Source: an uncultured Oscillospiraceae bacterium (GTDB lineage: Bacteria; Bacillota; Clostridia; Oscillospirales; Oscillospiraceae). From it: a stretch of 64,000 nt of DNA. A program made the position numbers and the translations under genes. The stretch is from NCBI GenBank assembly GCA_900759385.1, contig CAAEUZ010000099.1, forward strand, positions 2,629 through 66,628, read 5' to 3'. Below the pieces are notes generated by a model. The model saw only the letters and a program-made list of their open reading frames with translations, was not told where the DNA came from and did not search any database. Below, piece after piece: positions 55,904 through 64,000 of the stretch (position 1 is its first letter; each line of letters starts with the position of its first letter).

Positions 55904-58882
55904 TTATTCCTCCCCGAAGGTGATGTTGAGGGTTCGCGGAGCGGCGTCGTAGCAGGTGAAGATGGTCTCGCCGTTCTCGGTGGTACGGGCGCTCCAGCCC
56001 GCGCTGGCGGTGGAGGCCGCGCCGGAGACGGCGCACTCCATCATGCCGCCCTCGGCAAACTGTATGGTGGCGCCGGCCTCGCTGGATGAGATCATGGCGG
56101 GCAGGTTCACGCGCGTGAGGTGGGTGCCCTCCTGTTCGCCGCCGGCGCTGTAGAGGCGCGCGGCGCGGTTGAGGCCGACGTAGATGTCGCTGCCGTCGCG
56201 GTGCCAGACGTCGGCGTCCACGGCGATGTCCAGGTCCGAGAGCGCCTCGCCCAGGGAGATCTTTGCGCCGGTGGAGGTCTGGTAATCGCCGTCGTACATG
56301 GCGGCGCGGTTGTTTTCGGCCCCGGCGGTGAAGGTGGCGTCAAAAGCGCCGTCGGAGTAGCCGCCGGAGACGGAGAGCGTCATGTTGTAGGCCGCGGCCG
56401 AGGCGTACATGAGCTGGTTTTCCATCACAAAGCTGTAGCCGTGCGCCTGGCGGAAGGCCTCCACGGTCTCCAGGTTGGTGCGCGCGGTCTCCTCGTTGCC
56501 CACCGTGAAGTCGCAATGGTAGTAGATCGCTATGGGCATGTCCCAGCGCGCGGAGATATCCGACCAGTTTGAGCCCTGATAGCAGACGGTGGAGCAGTTC
56601 TGCAGCAGTATGGTGCGCTCGCCGGCCACGGTGAGGTAGAAGGGCAGGCTGATGACGTTCTGCGCGCTGTACTGCGGCACAGGGTTGGTGTCGCCCGGCA
56701 CACCGTAGCCGGTGTTGAAGAGTATGCCGTTGTTCCAAAGCGAGAGGAAGCTCTGCTGGGGGCTGTTGCTGCTGGTATACCAGGTGTGCTGGTTGGCACC
56801 TATGCCCGTGGTGTTCAGGCCGTAGCTGCTCATGGCCTCCAGCTGGCGGCGCAGCTCGTAGTTTTCGCGCTCGGGCGAGGCGTGGGAGTTGGTGTAGAAA
56901 TGCACGCCGACGTAGTAGCCGCGCTCGCGGAAGTAATCGAGCTGGGCGGCCAGATTCTCCCGCTGGGGGAAGTACTCGCTGTCTATGGGGTAGTTCATGC
57001 CGTATTCCAGGCTGCCGCAGACGAGGTCGGTTATGCCATCGCCGTTCACGTCCGCAAAGCAGGGCACGCAGTTGTTGCCGAACTTGGCGTTGTAGTTGCC
57101 CTTGTAGTTCTCCTCGTCCAGCTCGATATAGCCCGCGTTGTCAAAGCCGGAGCCGTTGTTTATGAGCCTGGCGATATAGCCGTCGAAGGTGCCGATGGCG
57201 AGGTCGTTCGTGCCGTCGCCGTCCAGGTCGGCGATGCGCGGGGCCGTCCAGCTGCCCTCTATGCCGAGGGCGGTGAGCTCGGTGGAGGCGTCCACGGTGA
57301 GCCGGGAAGCGCCGCTGCCGTAGTAAACGAGCAGGCGCCCCTCGTTGGAGCCCACAACCAGGTCGGCGCAGCCGTCGCCGTCCAGGTCGCCCGCGTCGGG
57401 CAGGGCCTGACCGGTGAGGCCGGTGGTCAGGAAGAGTTCCGCGCCGGCGAAGTCCAGGCCGCCCAGGCCGCGGAAGAGGTAGATGTTCCCGTCCGCCGCG
57501 CCGCAGAGGATGTCCGAAACGCCGTCGCCGTCGGCGTCATATACGACCGGCGCGCTGTACCCGGCGCTTATCGAGCCTAGCTGCACGGCCTCCTCCGTCT
57601 TTATGCGCCCGTCGTAGCCGGTACCCTTGAAGAAATAGACCCCACCGTCCGAGGAGCCGGAGACGATGTCGAGCACGCCGTCGCCGTCCAGATCGGTGAT
57701 GCAGGGGTAGGCTCGCTGGTCGTAGCTGGTGTCGTCAACAAAGTAGCTGCCGCCGTTGGAGAGCTCCGTGAGCGTGAGCCAGCTCTCCCCGGCCGCGGTG
57801 TGCGTGCCGGAGGAGTAGGCGCTCTCCTCGTAGTCCATGGTGAAGCTCATCTCGTCCGCGCTCTGGCCGAGCAGGCTGGTCACCGTCTCGGCGTAGAGGA
57901 ACCAGGTGTAGCTGTTGCGGATGAGCGTATAGCTGGGGATCTGGCTGTACTCCCGCGCCAGCTCGGCAAAGGCTACGCCGGAGCCGTTTTCAAAACCGGT
58001 GATCTCCTCAAAGTGCAGCTCCCAGCTCATGGCCGGGTTGCCGTGCGAGCCGAAAACGCGCCAGACGCTGTAGCCCACCGTGCGCTTGCTGACGAAGGAG
58101 GCAAAGGCGTTTTCCAGGATGCGGGCGGCGGAGAGCGCCGTGTCGGACAGGGCGCGCTGCTCGTCCGTGCGGTTCTCGAGCGAGGTGCCCAGCGTGTAAT
58201 AGGGGTTGGGCAGCAGCCCGGAGCAGAAGAAGACCCAGCCCTCGCCGCAGGCGTTCACGGTGCTCAGCGAGAGGCCGCGCCGCGAGCAGATGGTCACGGC
58301 CGTGTCCGGCACCATGCCCACGCCGCGGTCGAGGCCCTCCAGCTCGGGGAACTCGGTGTAGGCCTCGTAGAGCGTGTAAAAGTCTCGCGTTATGTCCTGT
58401 ATGTCCTGCAGGTCCCCGCTGACCTCGGGGTATTCCATGTGATAGGGGTACTCGTCCACCTCACGGAAGCTCTTCGCGCCGAAAAATTCGGCCGGGAAGA
58501 AGTCATAGAAGCCGTTGGTGAGATAGACCGCGCCGCCGTTTTGCGCGTAAGAGATGATATCGTCGCGCAGCGTTCCGGCGTTGGCGGCGGTCATGATGCT
58601 CTCGTCGGGGTAGAGGATGTCGTAGCCGGAGAGGTCGTATCCGCCGGAAATGTCCACCGCCTCGGCGTCAAAGCCCAGCAGCAGGGGCTGCTCGAGACGG
58701 GAGAGGGTGTCCTCCCAGGTCCGGGAATCTGCCCCGCCGTCATAGAGCACGGCGGCGCGCAGGCCGTATTCCCCGCCGGAAATCTCGGCCTCGGGCAGGT
58801 CGTTTTGCCGCACGCTTGTGCAGCCGGTGAGCAGAGATATGATGAGCGCGCACATGAGTGCGAGCGCCGCAAGCCTTTTCAT
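55904..58882 (-). CDS. Large lipoprotein with at least five FG-GAP/VCBS-type beta-propeller repeats (DxDGDG..D) and additional carbohydrate-active-like regions; the first gene of the Dlt-like operon
   Basis: Lipobox LLTGC and repeats DLDGDGVLDIVSG.., DADGDGVSDILCG.., DLDGDGCADLVVG.., DLDGDGTNDLAIG.., DVNGDGITDLVCG... GGAGGTG RBS at the ATG at 58882. Ends 5 nt before the dltA-like start. Confidence 0.7.
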   Translation of the reverse strand: MKRLAALALMCALIISLLTGCTSVRQNDLPEAEISGGEYGLRAAVLYDGGADSRTWEDTLSRLEQPLLLGFDAEAVDISGGYDLSGYDILYPDESIMTAANAGTLRDDIISYAQNGGAVYLTNGFYDFFPAEFFGAKSFREVDEYPYHMEYPEVSGDLQDIQDITRDFYTLYEAYTEFPELEGLDRGVGMVPDTAVTICSRRGLSLSTVNACGEGWVFFCSGLLPNPYYTLGTSLENRTDEQRALSDTALSAARILENAFASFVSKRTVGYSVWRVFGSHGNPAMSWELHFEEITGFENGSGVAFAELAREYSQIPSYTLIRNSYTWFLYAETVTSLLGQSADEMSFTMDYEESAYSSGTHTAAGESWLTLTELSNGGSYFVDDTSYDQRAYPCITDLDGDGVLDIVSGSSDGGVYFFKGTGYDGRIKTEEAVQLGSISAGYSAPVVYDADGDGVSDILCGAADGNIYLFRGLGGLDFAGAELFLTTGLTGQALPDAGDLDGDGCADLVVGSNEGRLLVYYGSGASRLTVDASTELTALGIEGSWTAPRIADLDGDGTNDLAIGTFDGYIARLINNGSGFDNAGYIELDEENYKGNYNAKFGNNCVPCFADVNGDGITDLVCGSLEYGMNYPIDSEYFPQRENLAAQLDYFRERGYYVGVHFYTNSHASPERENYELRRQLEAMSSYGLNTTGIGANQHTWYTSSNSPQQSFLSLWNNGILFNTGYGVPGDTNPVPQYSAQNVISLPFYLTVAGERTILLQNCSTVCYQGSNWSDISARWDMPIAIYYHCDFTVGNEETARTNLETVEAFRQAHGYSFVMENQLMYASAAAYNMTLSVSGGYSDGAFDATFTAGAENNRAAMYDGDYQTSTGAKISLGEALSDLDIAVDADVWHRDGSDIYVGLNRAARLYSAGGEQEGTHLTRVNLPAMISSSEAGATIQFAEGGMMECAVSGAASTASAGWSARTTENGETIFTCYDAAPRTLNITFGEE

Positions 58883-59046
58883 GGGGCACCTCCGGAAATA
58901 CTGCGCCGCCTCCGCGGCGCGCAATGCCTGTATGCACAGGCTGCTGTAACCTTCATTTTACCACGCCTTGCCTGCCATTGCAACGCGCTTGTAATGGACG
59001 ATGCCGCGTGGTAAAATGTTGCCAACCATGAACCGGAGGGATCGAT

Positions 59047-59808
59047 ATGGAGATAAAAAACGCCGCCGCCGTGTATTTTTCCCCCGGCGGCACGACGGGG
59101 CTGGCCGCCAGGACTGTGGCCGCGGCCCTGGGCGAATGTAAGGAGTACGACTTCACCTCCCGGGCGGAGCCGGTCACTCTGGGCTCGGACTGCGCCGCCG
59201 TCTTTGCCGCGCCGGTCTTCGGCGGGCGTATACCGGGGGTGTTCGCGGACTTCCTCGCCTCGGTGAAGGGCGAGGGCACGCCCGCCGTGGTGCTCGCGGT
59301 CTACGGCAACCGCGACTATGAGGACGCCCTGCTCGAACTCGCCGAAGCGGTGAAGGCGCGCGGCTTCCGTGTGGTGGCCGCGGGCGCGTTCATAGCGCGG
59401 CACTCCATAGTGACCGAGATCGCCGCCGGGCGCCCGGACACCGCCGACAGGGCCGCCATGGCCGCCTTTGCAGGGAAGGTCCGCGACAAGCTGGCCGCCG
59501 GCGACTTCTCGGAGCCGCATATCCCCGGCGCCCGCCCGTACAGGAAGTACGGCGGGGTGCCCATGCACCCGGGGGCCAACCGGCAGCGCTGCGTGAAATG
59601 CGGCAAGTGCGCCAGGGAGTGCCCCGCCGGGGCCATACCCGCCGACGCGCCCTTCAAGACCGACAACGACAAGTGCATAACCTGCATGCACTGCGTCTTC
59701 ACCTGCCCCAACTACGCCCGCGGCCTCAACCCGGTAATGCTGGCCGCCACGCGCACAAAGCTGAAAAAGGCCTGTGCAGCGCGCAGGGAGCCGGAGATGT
59801 TCCTGTAA
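59047..59808 (+). CDS. Flavodoxin-like domain protein fused to a 2x[4Fe-4S] ferredoxin domain
   Basis: N-terminal flavodoxin-like fold with CVKCGKCARECP and CITCMHCVFTCP motifs. Confidence 0.7.
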   Translation: MEIKNAAAVYFSPGGTTGLAARTVAAALGECKEYDFTSRAEPVTLGSDCAAVFAAPVFGGRIPGVFADFLASVKGEGTPAVVLAVYGNRDYEDALLELAEAVKARGFRVVAAGAFIARHSIVTEIAAGRPDTADRAAMAAFAGKVRDKLAAGDFSEPHIPGARPYRKYGGVPMHPGANRQRCVKCGKCARECPAGAIPADAPFKTDNDKCITCMHCVFTCPNYARGLNPVMLAATRTKLKKACAARREPEMFL

Positions 59809-59821
59809 GTCAGGGCAAATT

Positions 59822-59866
59822 ATCCCCCGCCTCTCCCGAAAAAGCGGAGAGACGGGGGATAATTGT
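59822..59866. terminator. Bidirectional terminator between the flavodoxin-Fd gene and ppk1
   Basis: ATTATCCCCCGcCTCTCC-gaaaaagc-GGAGAGaCGGGGGATAAT followed by TGTTT. Confidence 0.65.
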
Positions 59867-59898
59867 TTGGAGGGGCATAATAGCGTGACGGCGTCGGG

Positions 59899-62022
59899 TT
59901 ACCGTTCCCCGCGGAAGAAGCGCCTGAACATCCGGCCCAGCGCGCCCTCGCGCTCCGCCGGCGGTTCCGGTTCGGCCTCGGTGGCCAGGGCCCAGTCCAT
60001 CTGCGTGAGCTGGGCGTCGATGCGCTCCGCGCCGCCGTGTATGGGGCCGTAACTGCCGTCGGCGTGCAGCTCGCGGGCCTTGACGTTGTCGGCCAGGCAG
60101 ACGTCCATGATGCGGTGGAGCTTGGCGCGCACGGCGCTGTCATAGATGGGGCAGGCGGTCTCCACCCGGCGCTGGGTGTTGCGGGTCATGAAGTCCGCCG
60201 AGGAGATGTACATGCGCTCGCCCTCGCCCTCGCCGAAGCAGTAAATGCGCGAGTGCTCCAGGAAGCGGCCGACTATGCTGACTATGCGTATATTGTCTGT
60301 CTCGCCCGGGATGCCGGGCAGGATGCAGCAGATGCCGCGCACGACCATATCCGTACGCACACCCGCGCGGGAGGCCTCGCGCAGCTTTTCGATGATGTCT
60401 ATGTCCGTGAGCGAGTTTATCTTGAACCTCATGCGCCCGCGCGGCCCCTTGGCGATCTCCTCGTCCATCAGGCGCAGTATGGTGCGCTTGAGGGAGTGCG
60501 GCGCGACGAGCAGGTGCGCGTAGTCCCCGTCCAGCTCGCCGATGGACATGTTCTTGAAGAACTCCACCGCGTCCTGGCCTATGTCGGGATTGGCCGTGAG
60601 CAGGGACACGTCGGTGTACTGCGCGGCGGTCTTCTCGTTGTAGTTGCCGGTGCCCACCTGGGTGATGTAGCGGATCTGGCCGCGCTCGCGGCGGGTTATG
60701 AGGCAGATCTTGGAGTGGATCTTGTAGTTCTCAAAGCCGTAAAAAACGGTGCAGCCGGCGTCCTCCAGCCGCTCGGACCAGTCTATGTTGTTCTGCTCGT
60801 CGAATCTGGCGCGCAGCTCGATGAACACCGTCACGTCCTTGCCCTGCTCGGCGGCGTTGCACAGGTATTCCACCAGCTTGGCCTTGCTGGCCAGGCGGTA
60901 GATGGTGATCTTTATCGAGATGACGTCCGGGTCCTCGCTGGCCTCGCGCAGCAGGTTGAGGAAGGGGGACATGCTCTCAAACGGATAGCTGAGCAGCCGG
61001 TCGGAGCGCGTGATCTGCTTTATCATGCTCTCTGAGCTGTTCAGCCCGGAGCAGCGGCAGGGCCGGAACTCCGGATAGGTCAGCGAGCGGCGCAGCTCCT
61101 CCGGCAGCCGGCCCGCCAGGGAAAAGGCGTAATTGAGGCAGAGCGGCGCGCTGGTGCAGTATATCTGCCCGTCCGTGACGGGGAGACGTTTTTTCAGATA
61201 TTCGAGGAAGTCGCCCTCTATCCTCTCGCTGAGCTCCAGCCTGACCGGGGCCAGGCGGGTGCGCTGCTTGAGCGCCTTGCGCATCTTTTTGCGGAAGTCC
61301 TCGTTTTCGTCCAGGTCGAAGGCCTCGTCCTCCGGGTTTATGTCGGCGTTGCGCGTGACGCGGAAGACGCACTTGGCGCGCACGTCGTAGTTGGAGAAGA
61401 TGTCCTCCGTGTGGTGCAGGAGCAGCTCCTCCATGTGGATGTAGCGCAGCCCCTCCGTACCGGGCAGGAAGAGCACGCCCGGCAGGGCATCCGGCACGGG
61501 TATGACGCCGAAGACGTCGCGCGAACGGTACTTCACCCACGCGCCGATGTGCAGCACGTTGTTCCTGAGGTGGGGGAAGGGGTGGTGGGTGTCCACAATC
61601 TGCGGGGATATGATGGGCTCCACCTCGGCGCGGAAATAGCGCTGGCAGAACTTCTTCTCGCTGCCTGTGAGCTCATCCCAGCCCAGGCGGCAGATGCCGT
61701 AGCGCCGCAGCAGGCGCTCCAGCCCCATGCAGATCGCCTCGCGCCGGCGGTAGAGCGGGCGCACGGCCGCGTATATGGCCTGCAGCTGCTCGAGCGGGGT
61801 CATGTTGGAGCGCGAGTCGCGCCGTTCCGGCTCGATGCCCATCAGGTCAAACAGGCTGCCAACGCGGATCATGAAGAACTCGTCGAGGTTGCTGGTGAAG
61901 ATGCTGGCGAATTTCAGCCGCTCGAGCAGCGGGACAGCGTCGTCCGCGGCCTCGGCCAGGACGCGCTCGTTGAAGGCGAGCCAGCTCAGCTCGCGGTTTT
62001 GCGTGTATATATGGGAACTCAT
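59899..62022 (-). CDS. ppk: Polyphosphate kinase 1
   Basis: 707 aa with PPK1 N, H and two PLD-like C domains (..HSKICLITRRE.., ..HSRIYCFGEG..). Confidence 0.9.
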   Translation of the reverse strand: MSSHIYTQNRELSWLAFNERVLAEAADDAVPLLERLKFASIFTSNLDEFFMIRVGSLFDLMGIEPERRDSRSNMTPLEQLQAIYAAVRPLYRRREAICMGLERLLRRYGICRLGWDELTGSEKKFCQRYFRAEVEPIISPQIVDTHHPFPHLRNNVLHIGAWVKYRSRDVFGVIPVPDALPGVLFLPGTEGLRYIHMEELLLHHTEDIFSNYDVRAKCVFRVTRNADINPEDEAFDLDENEDFRKKMRKALKQRTRLAPVRLELSERIEGDFLEYLKKRLPVTDGQIYCTSAPLCLNYAFSLAGRLPEELRRSLTYPEFRPCRCSGLNSSESMIKQITRSDRLLSYPFESMSPFLNLLREASEDPDVISIKITIYRLASKAKLVEYLCNAAEQGKDVTVFIELRARFDEQNNIDWSERLEDAGCTVFYGFENYKIHSKICLITRRERGQIRYITQVGTGNYNEKTAAQYTDVSLLTANPDIGQDAVEFFKNMSIGELDGDYAHLLVAPHSLKRTILRLMDEEIAKGPRGRMRFKINSLTDIDIIEKLREASRAGVRTDMVVRGICCILPGIPGETDNIRIVSIVGRFLEHSRIYCFGEGEGERMYISSADFMTRNTQRRVETACPIYDSAVRAKLHRIMDVCLADNVKARELHADGSYGPIHGGAERIDAQLTQMDWALATEAEPEPPAEREGALGRMFRRFFRGER

Positions 62023-62930
62023 ACGCGGACACCTCTGGACTCGAGCACGCTGAGCATATAGCCCTCGCGCACGCCGTATTTGCTCGTCACCACCGTGCGC
62101 GAGCCGTAGAGCTCCGCGGCGGCGCTCAGCAGCGCAATCCCCGGGAGCATGGTGTGGATGCGCTCGGGGGCTATTTTGAGGATGCGCCGTGTCAGCTTTT
62201 TGGGATTGTCCTGCGCCTGACGCAGGACCTTGGAGAAGAACTGGGTCTCATACCCCTCCCGAGGCGGCTCGCCCACCATGCCGCGGTAGAGCGCCAGGGC
62301 GCCGCGCGCCGTGCCGCCCACGCCGCACATGGGCTGGGCGCAGTAGCCCTGGGAGTCCGGCAGGACGCCGGCCAGGGCGCGCCGGGCCTCGGCCTTCAGG
62401 GCCGCCAGCTCGCCTGCCGTGGGTATGATGCCGCTGACGCATTTGTTGAAGAGGCTCAGGGAGCCGAGCGGGACGCTGCGGGCCGCCGCGGCCCTGCCCG
62501 CCTTGAAGAACACAAGCTCCGTGCTGCCGCCGCCGACGTCCACCAGCAGCCCTTCCTCGCCCGGCATGGAGCGCACCGCGCCGTGGTAGTCGAGCATGGC
62601 CTCCTCATAGCCGGAGAGCACGCGGATGTCAAAGCCGGTCTCGCGGCGCACGCGCTCGATGACAACTTCGCGGTTGGTGATGTTGCGCAGGGAGGCGGTG
62701 GCGAAGGGGAACACCTCGCAGTCGGGCAGCAGATCCGTGGCGTCGCGGAACTTGGCCATGACATCCACCAGGCGGTCTGTGCCCTCGTCGGAGAGCGCGC
62801 CGTCCTTGCCGATGTAGGCCGCGAGCCCGGCGGTGTACTTGTTGTTCAGTATGGGCGTGATCCCGTCGCTGTCCACGCGGTAGACCACGAGCCTTATGGT
62901 GTTGGAGCCGATGTCAATTACGCTGTACAT
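62019..62930 (-). CDS. ppx: Ppx/GppA-family exopolyphosphatase (short form)
   Basis: Begins MYSVIDIGSNTIRLVVY (actin-like ATPase fold). The start was moved to the ATG at 62930, which has an AGAGGGA RBS. Overlaps the ppk1 start. Confidence 0.8.
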   Translation of the reverse strand: MYSVIDIGSNTIRLVVYRVDSDGITPILNNKYTAGLAAYIGKDGALSDEGTDRLVDVMAKFRDATDLLPDCEVFPFATASLRNITNREVVIERVRRETGFDIRVLSGYEEAMLDYHGAVRSMPGEEGLLVDVGGGSTELVFFKAGRAAAARSVPLGSLSLFNKCVSGIIPTAGELAALKAEARRALAGVLPDSQGYCAQPMCGVGGTARGALALYRGMVGEPPREGYETQFFSKVLRQAQDNPKKLTRRILKIAPERIHTMLPGIALLSAAAELYGSRTVVTSKYGVREGYMLSVLESRGVRV

Positions 62931-63027
62931 TATATCCCTCTTTTTAATCACATACATAATTATTATACCACAGCGCAGGCGCGCTTTTCAGCAAATCTCT
63001 GTGAAGGGATTGTAAAATGAAAGTAAA

Positions 63028-63057
63028 AAGCCCTCCCTGAAAAAGGGAGGGCGGGGG
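63028..63057 (-). terminator. Intrinsic terminator after the SGNH lipoprotein gene
   Basis: CCCTCCC-tgaaaaa-GGGAGGG with a U-run on the minus strand. Confidence 0.55.
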
Positions 63058-63059
63058 AT

Positions 63060-63824
63060 TTACAGCCAGGCGTGGGTCCTTATATACTGCAGCACCATCC
63101 GGTGTGCCTCGGCGTTGAGGTGGTATCCGTCGCCTATGTGCAGCGACTCGGGCAGGGCGCCGCCGTCATCGCGCACGGCTGCGGCGCTGTCGATAAAGCG
63201 GACGCCCTCGGCCTCGGCCACCTCATAAATCCAGCGGCTGGCCTGCGTGAGCTTATCGTTGTTGATATCGCCCTGATAGGGATAACTCTCCGCCACGGGG
63301 AAGAGGGAGGAGCAGATTATCTTCGAGTCCGGGCTCGCGGCCTTCAGCGCCTCCAGCATCTGGGCGTATTCGCTCTTGAAATACTCCTCGTCCATGAAGC
63401 TTACGCCGTTGGCGCCGACGTTGACTATTATATACTCCGGACGCCTGAGCGCGGCGGCCCCGGCCAGGGACATCTGTGCCTGGGTCTCCGGGTAGAGCAC
63501 GCCGTCTATGTCCCAGCGGTTGAGCGTCAGCGTGCCGCTCGGGGGCGTCCAGACCTGCTCCGGGGGGAGGATGCCCTGCAGGCGCAGCGCATTCGTGTTG
63601 CTGTCGCCGTAAAAGACTATCGCGTCTATATACTCCTGGCCCATGTCCGCCGTCACGGCCAGCTGCACCGGCTCGGGCGTGGCCGAAGGCGTCGCCGCCG
63701 GCAGGGGCGTGGCGGTGAGCGTGGGCAGCCCGGCCGGGGAGGTGGGCAGTACGCCGCCTGAAAAACCGCAGGCACCCAGCAGCGTCAGGGCGGCGGCGCA
63801 CAGCAGTGCGCACAGACGTCTCAT
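63060..63824 (-). CDS. SGNH/GDSL-family hydrolase lipoprotein
   Basis: Lipobox LLGAC and SGNH blocks (IVFYGDSNT.., ..GANG.., ..DGYHLN..). The start was moved to the internal ATG at 63824. Confidence 0.7.
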   Translation of the reverse strand: MRRLCALLCAAALTLLGACGFSGGVLPTSPAGLPTLTATPLPAATPSATPEPVQLAVTADMGQEYIDAIVFYGDSNTNALRLQGILPPEQVWTPPSGTLTLNRWDIDGVLYPETQAQMSLAGAAALRRPEYIIVNVGANGVSFMDEEYFKSEYAQMLEALKAASPDSKIICSSLFPVAESYPYQGDINNDKLTQASRWIYEVAEAEGVRFIDSAAAVRDDGGALPESLHIGDGYHLNAEAHRMVLQYIRTHAWL

Positions 63825-64000
63825 CACGGCAGGTTGAGCCTGCGCTTGAGCGAGAACGCAGTTATGGCGTAGAGCGCGGCGCAGTAGACCAGCTCCAGCG
63901 CACACATGCTCAGCAGGAACACGTGCCCGTAGTCGAGATAGTCCATGCGGTAGACGAAGTCGAGCGGCATCGAACTGAGGCCCACGCCCACAGCCGCAAT
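63824..64000 (-). CDS. C-terminal fragment of a membrane protein that continues beyond the window end
   Basis: Open frame to the window edge (...IAAVGVGLSSMPLDFVYRMDYLDYGHVFLLSMCALELVYCAALYAITAFSLKRRLNLP*). Its stop overlaps the downstream ATG. Confidence 0.3.
   Translation of the reverse strand: MAAVGVGLSSMPLDFVYRMDYLDYGHVFLLSMCALELVYCAALYAITAFSLKRRLNLP

Noticed and set aside
55956-63761. Numerous plus-strand ORFs opposite the FG-GAP, ppk1, ppx and SGNH genes (for example 56786-57580, 57800-59014, 60037-61035, 61411-62061, 62154-63020 and 63072-63761)
   Set aside because: High-GC antisense frames. The sense-strand products match large, well-known families.

Overview
This 64-kb window looks like chromosomal DNA from a high-GC (about 63-66% GC) Gram-positive anaerobe. 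By inference it is a Clostridia or Oscillospiraceae-like organism with an S-layer, because several exported proteins carry SLH anchoring domains. Most genes are tightly packed; in the GC-rich stretches long antisense ORFs are common and were treated as artefacts. Contents from left to right:

- **Housekeeping (1-6.7 kb, mostly minus strand):** the 5' end of pyruvate carboxylase, a proB-proA-proC operon, L-asparaginase and a Pro/Thr-rich lipoprotein.
- **Surface protein and tRNA (6.8-9.6 kb):** an SLH-anchored 5'-nucleotidase, then tRNA-Ser(CGA) with a textbook sigma-70 promoter and an intrinsic terminator.
- **Host-glycan locus (9.7-22.3 kb):** a complete galacto-N-biose/lacto-N-biose (GNB/LNB) utilisation locus. 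It has an ABC binding protein and two permeases, the GH112 phosphorylase LnpA, GalT, two tandem AraC regulators, GalE, an additional sugar-1-phosphate nucleotidyltransferase and the kinase NahK.
- **S-layer protein (22.4-25.2 kb):** a large SLH-anchored adhesin-like gene whose 5' part is compositionally foreign. It is driven by a consensus promoter that runs straight into a (CTGT)10 tetranucleotide repeat.
- **Low-GC island (25.3-46.3 kb, about 45-50% GC):** about 21 kb with no mobility genes. It encodes a LysR regulator, an enoate-reductase-family flavoenzyme, two Fe-alcohol dehydrogenases and an aldo-keto reductase fused to a ferredoxin domain. It also carries an MFS transporter, an ADP-forming acyl-CoA synthetase and an IclR regulator facing a ferredoxin-korABG operon. 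Downstream are a D-2-hydroxyacid dehydrogenase and three DctM-like permeases without binding proteins, two of which are followed by small paralogous 2-TM proteins.
- **46.4-51.5 kb:** an OmpR/histidine-kinase pair with a PutP-like symporter, a CarD-like regulator and a cytidylate-kinase-like protein.
- **Dlt-like operon (51.5-58.9 kb):** an unusual Dlt-like acylation operon containing an FG-GAP lipoprotein, a DltA-like adenylase, a 77-aa ORF, a DltC-like carrier, an MBOAT, a DltD-like protein and a 44-aa TM peptide.
- **59.0-64.0 kb:** a flavodoxin/4Fe-4S protein, ppk1-ppx, an SGNH lipoprotein and a partial membrane protein.

The strongest candidates for something undescribed are the Dlt-like system with its extra components, the low-GC catabolic island (in particular a ferredoxin-dependent, ATP-yielding 2-hydroxy/2-oxo acid module with orphan DctM permeases), the repeat sitting between the promoter and start codon of the surface-protein operon, and a hairpin-rich repeat-flanked non-coding region between proC and pyc.
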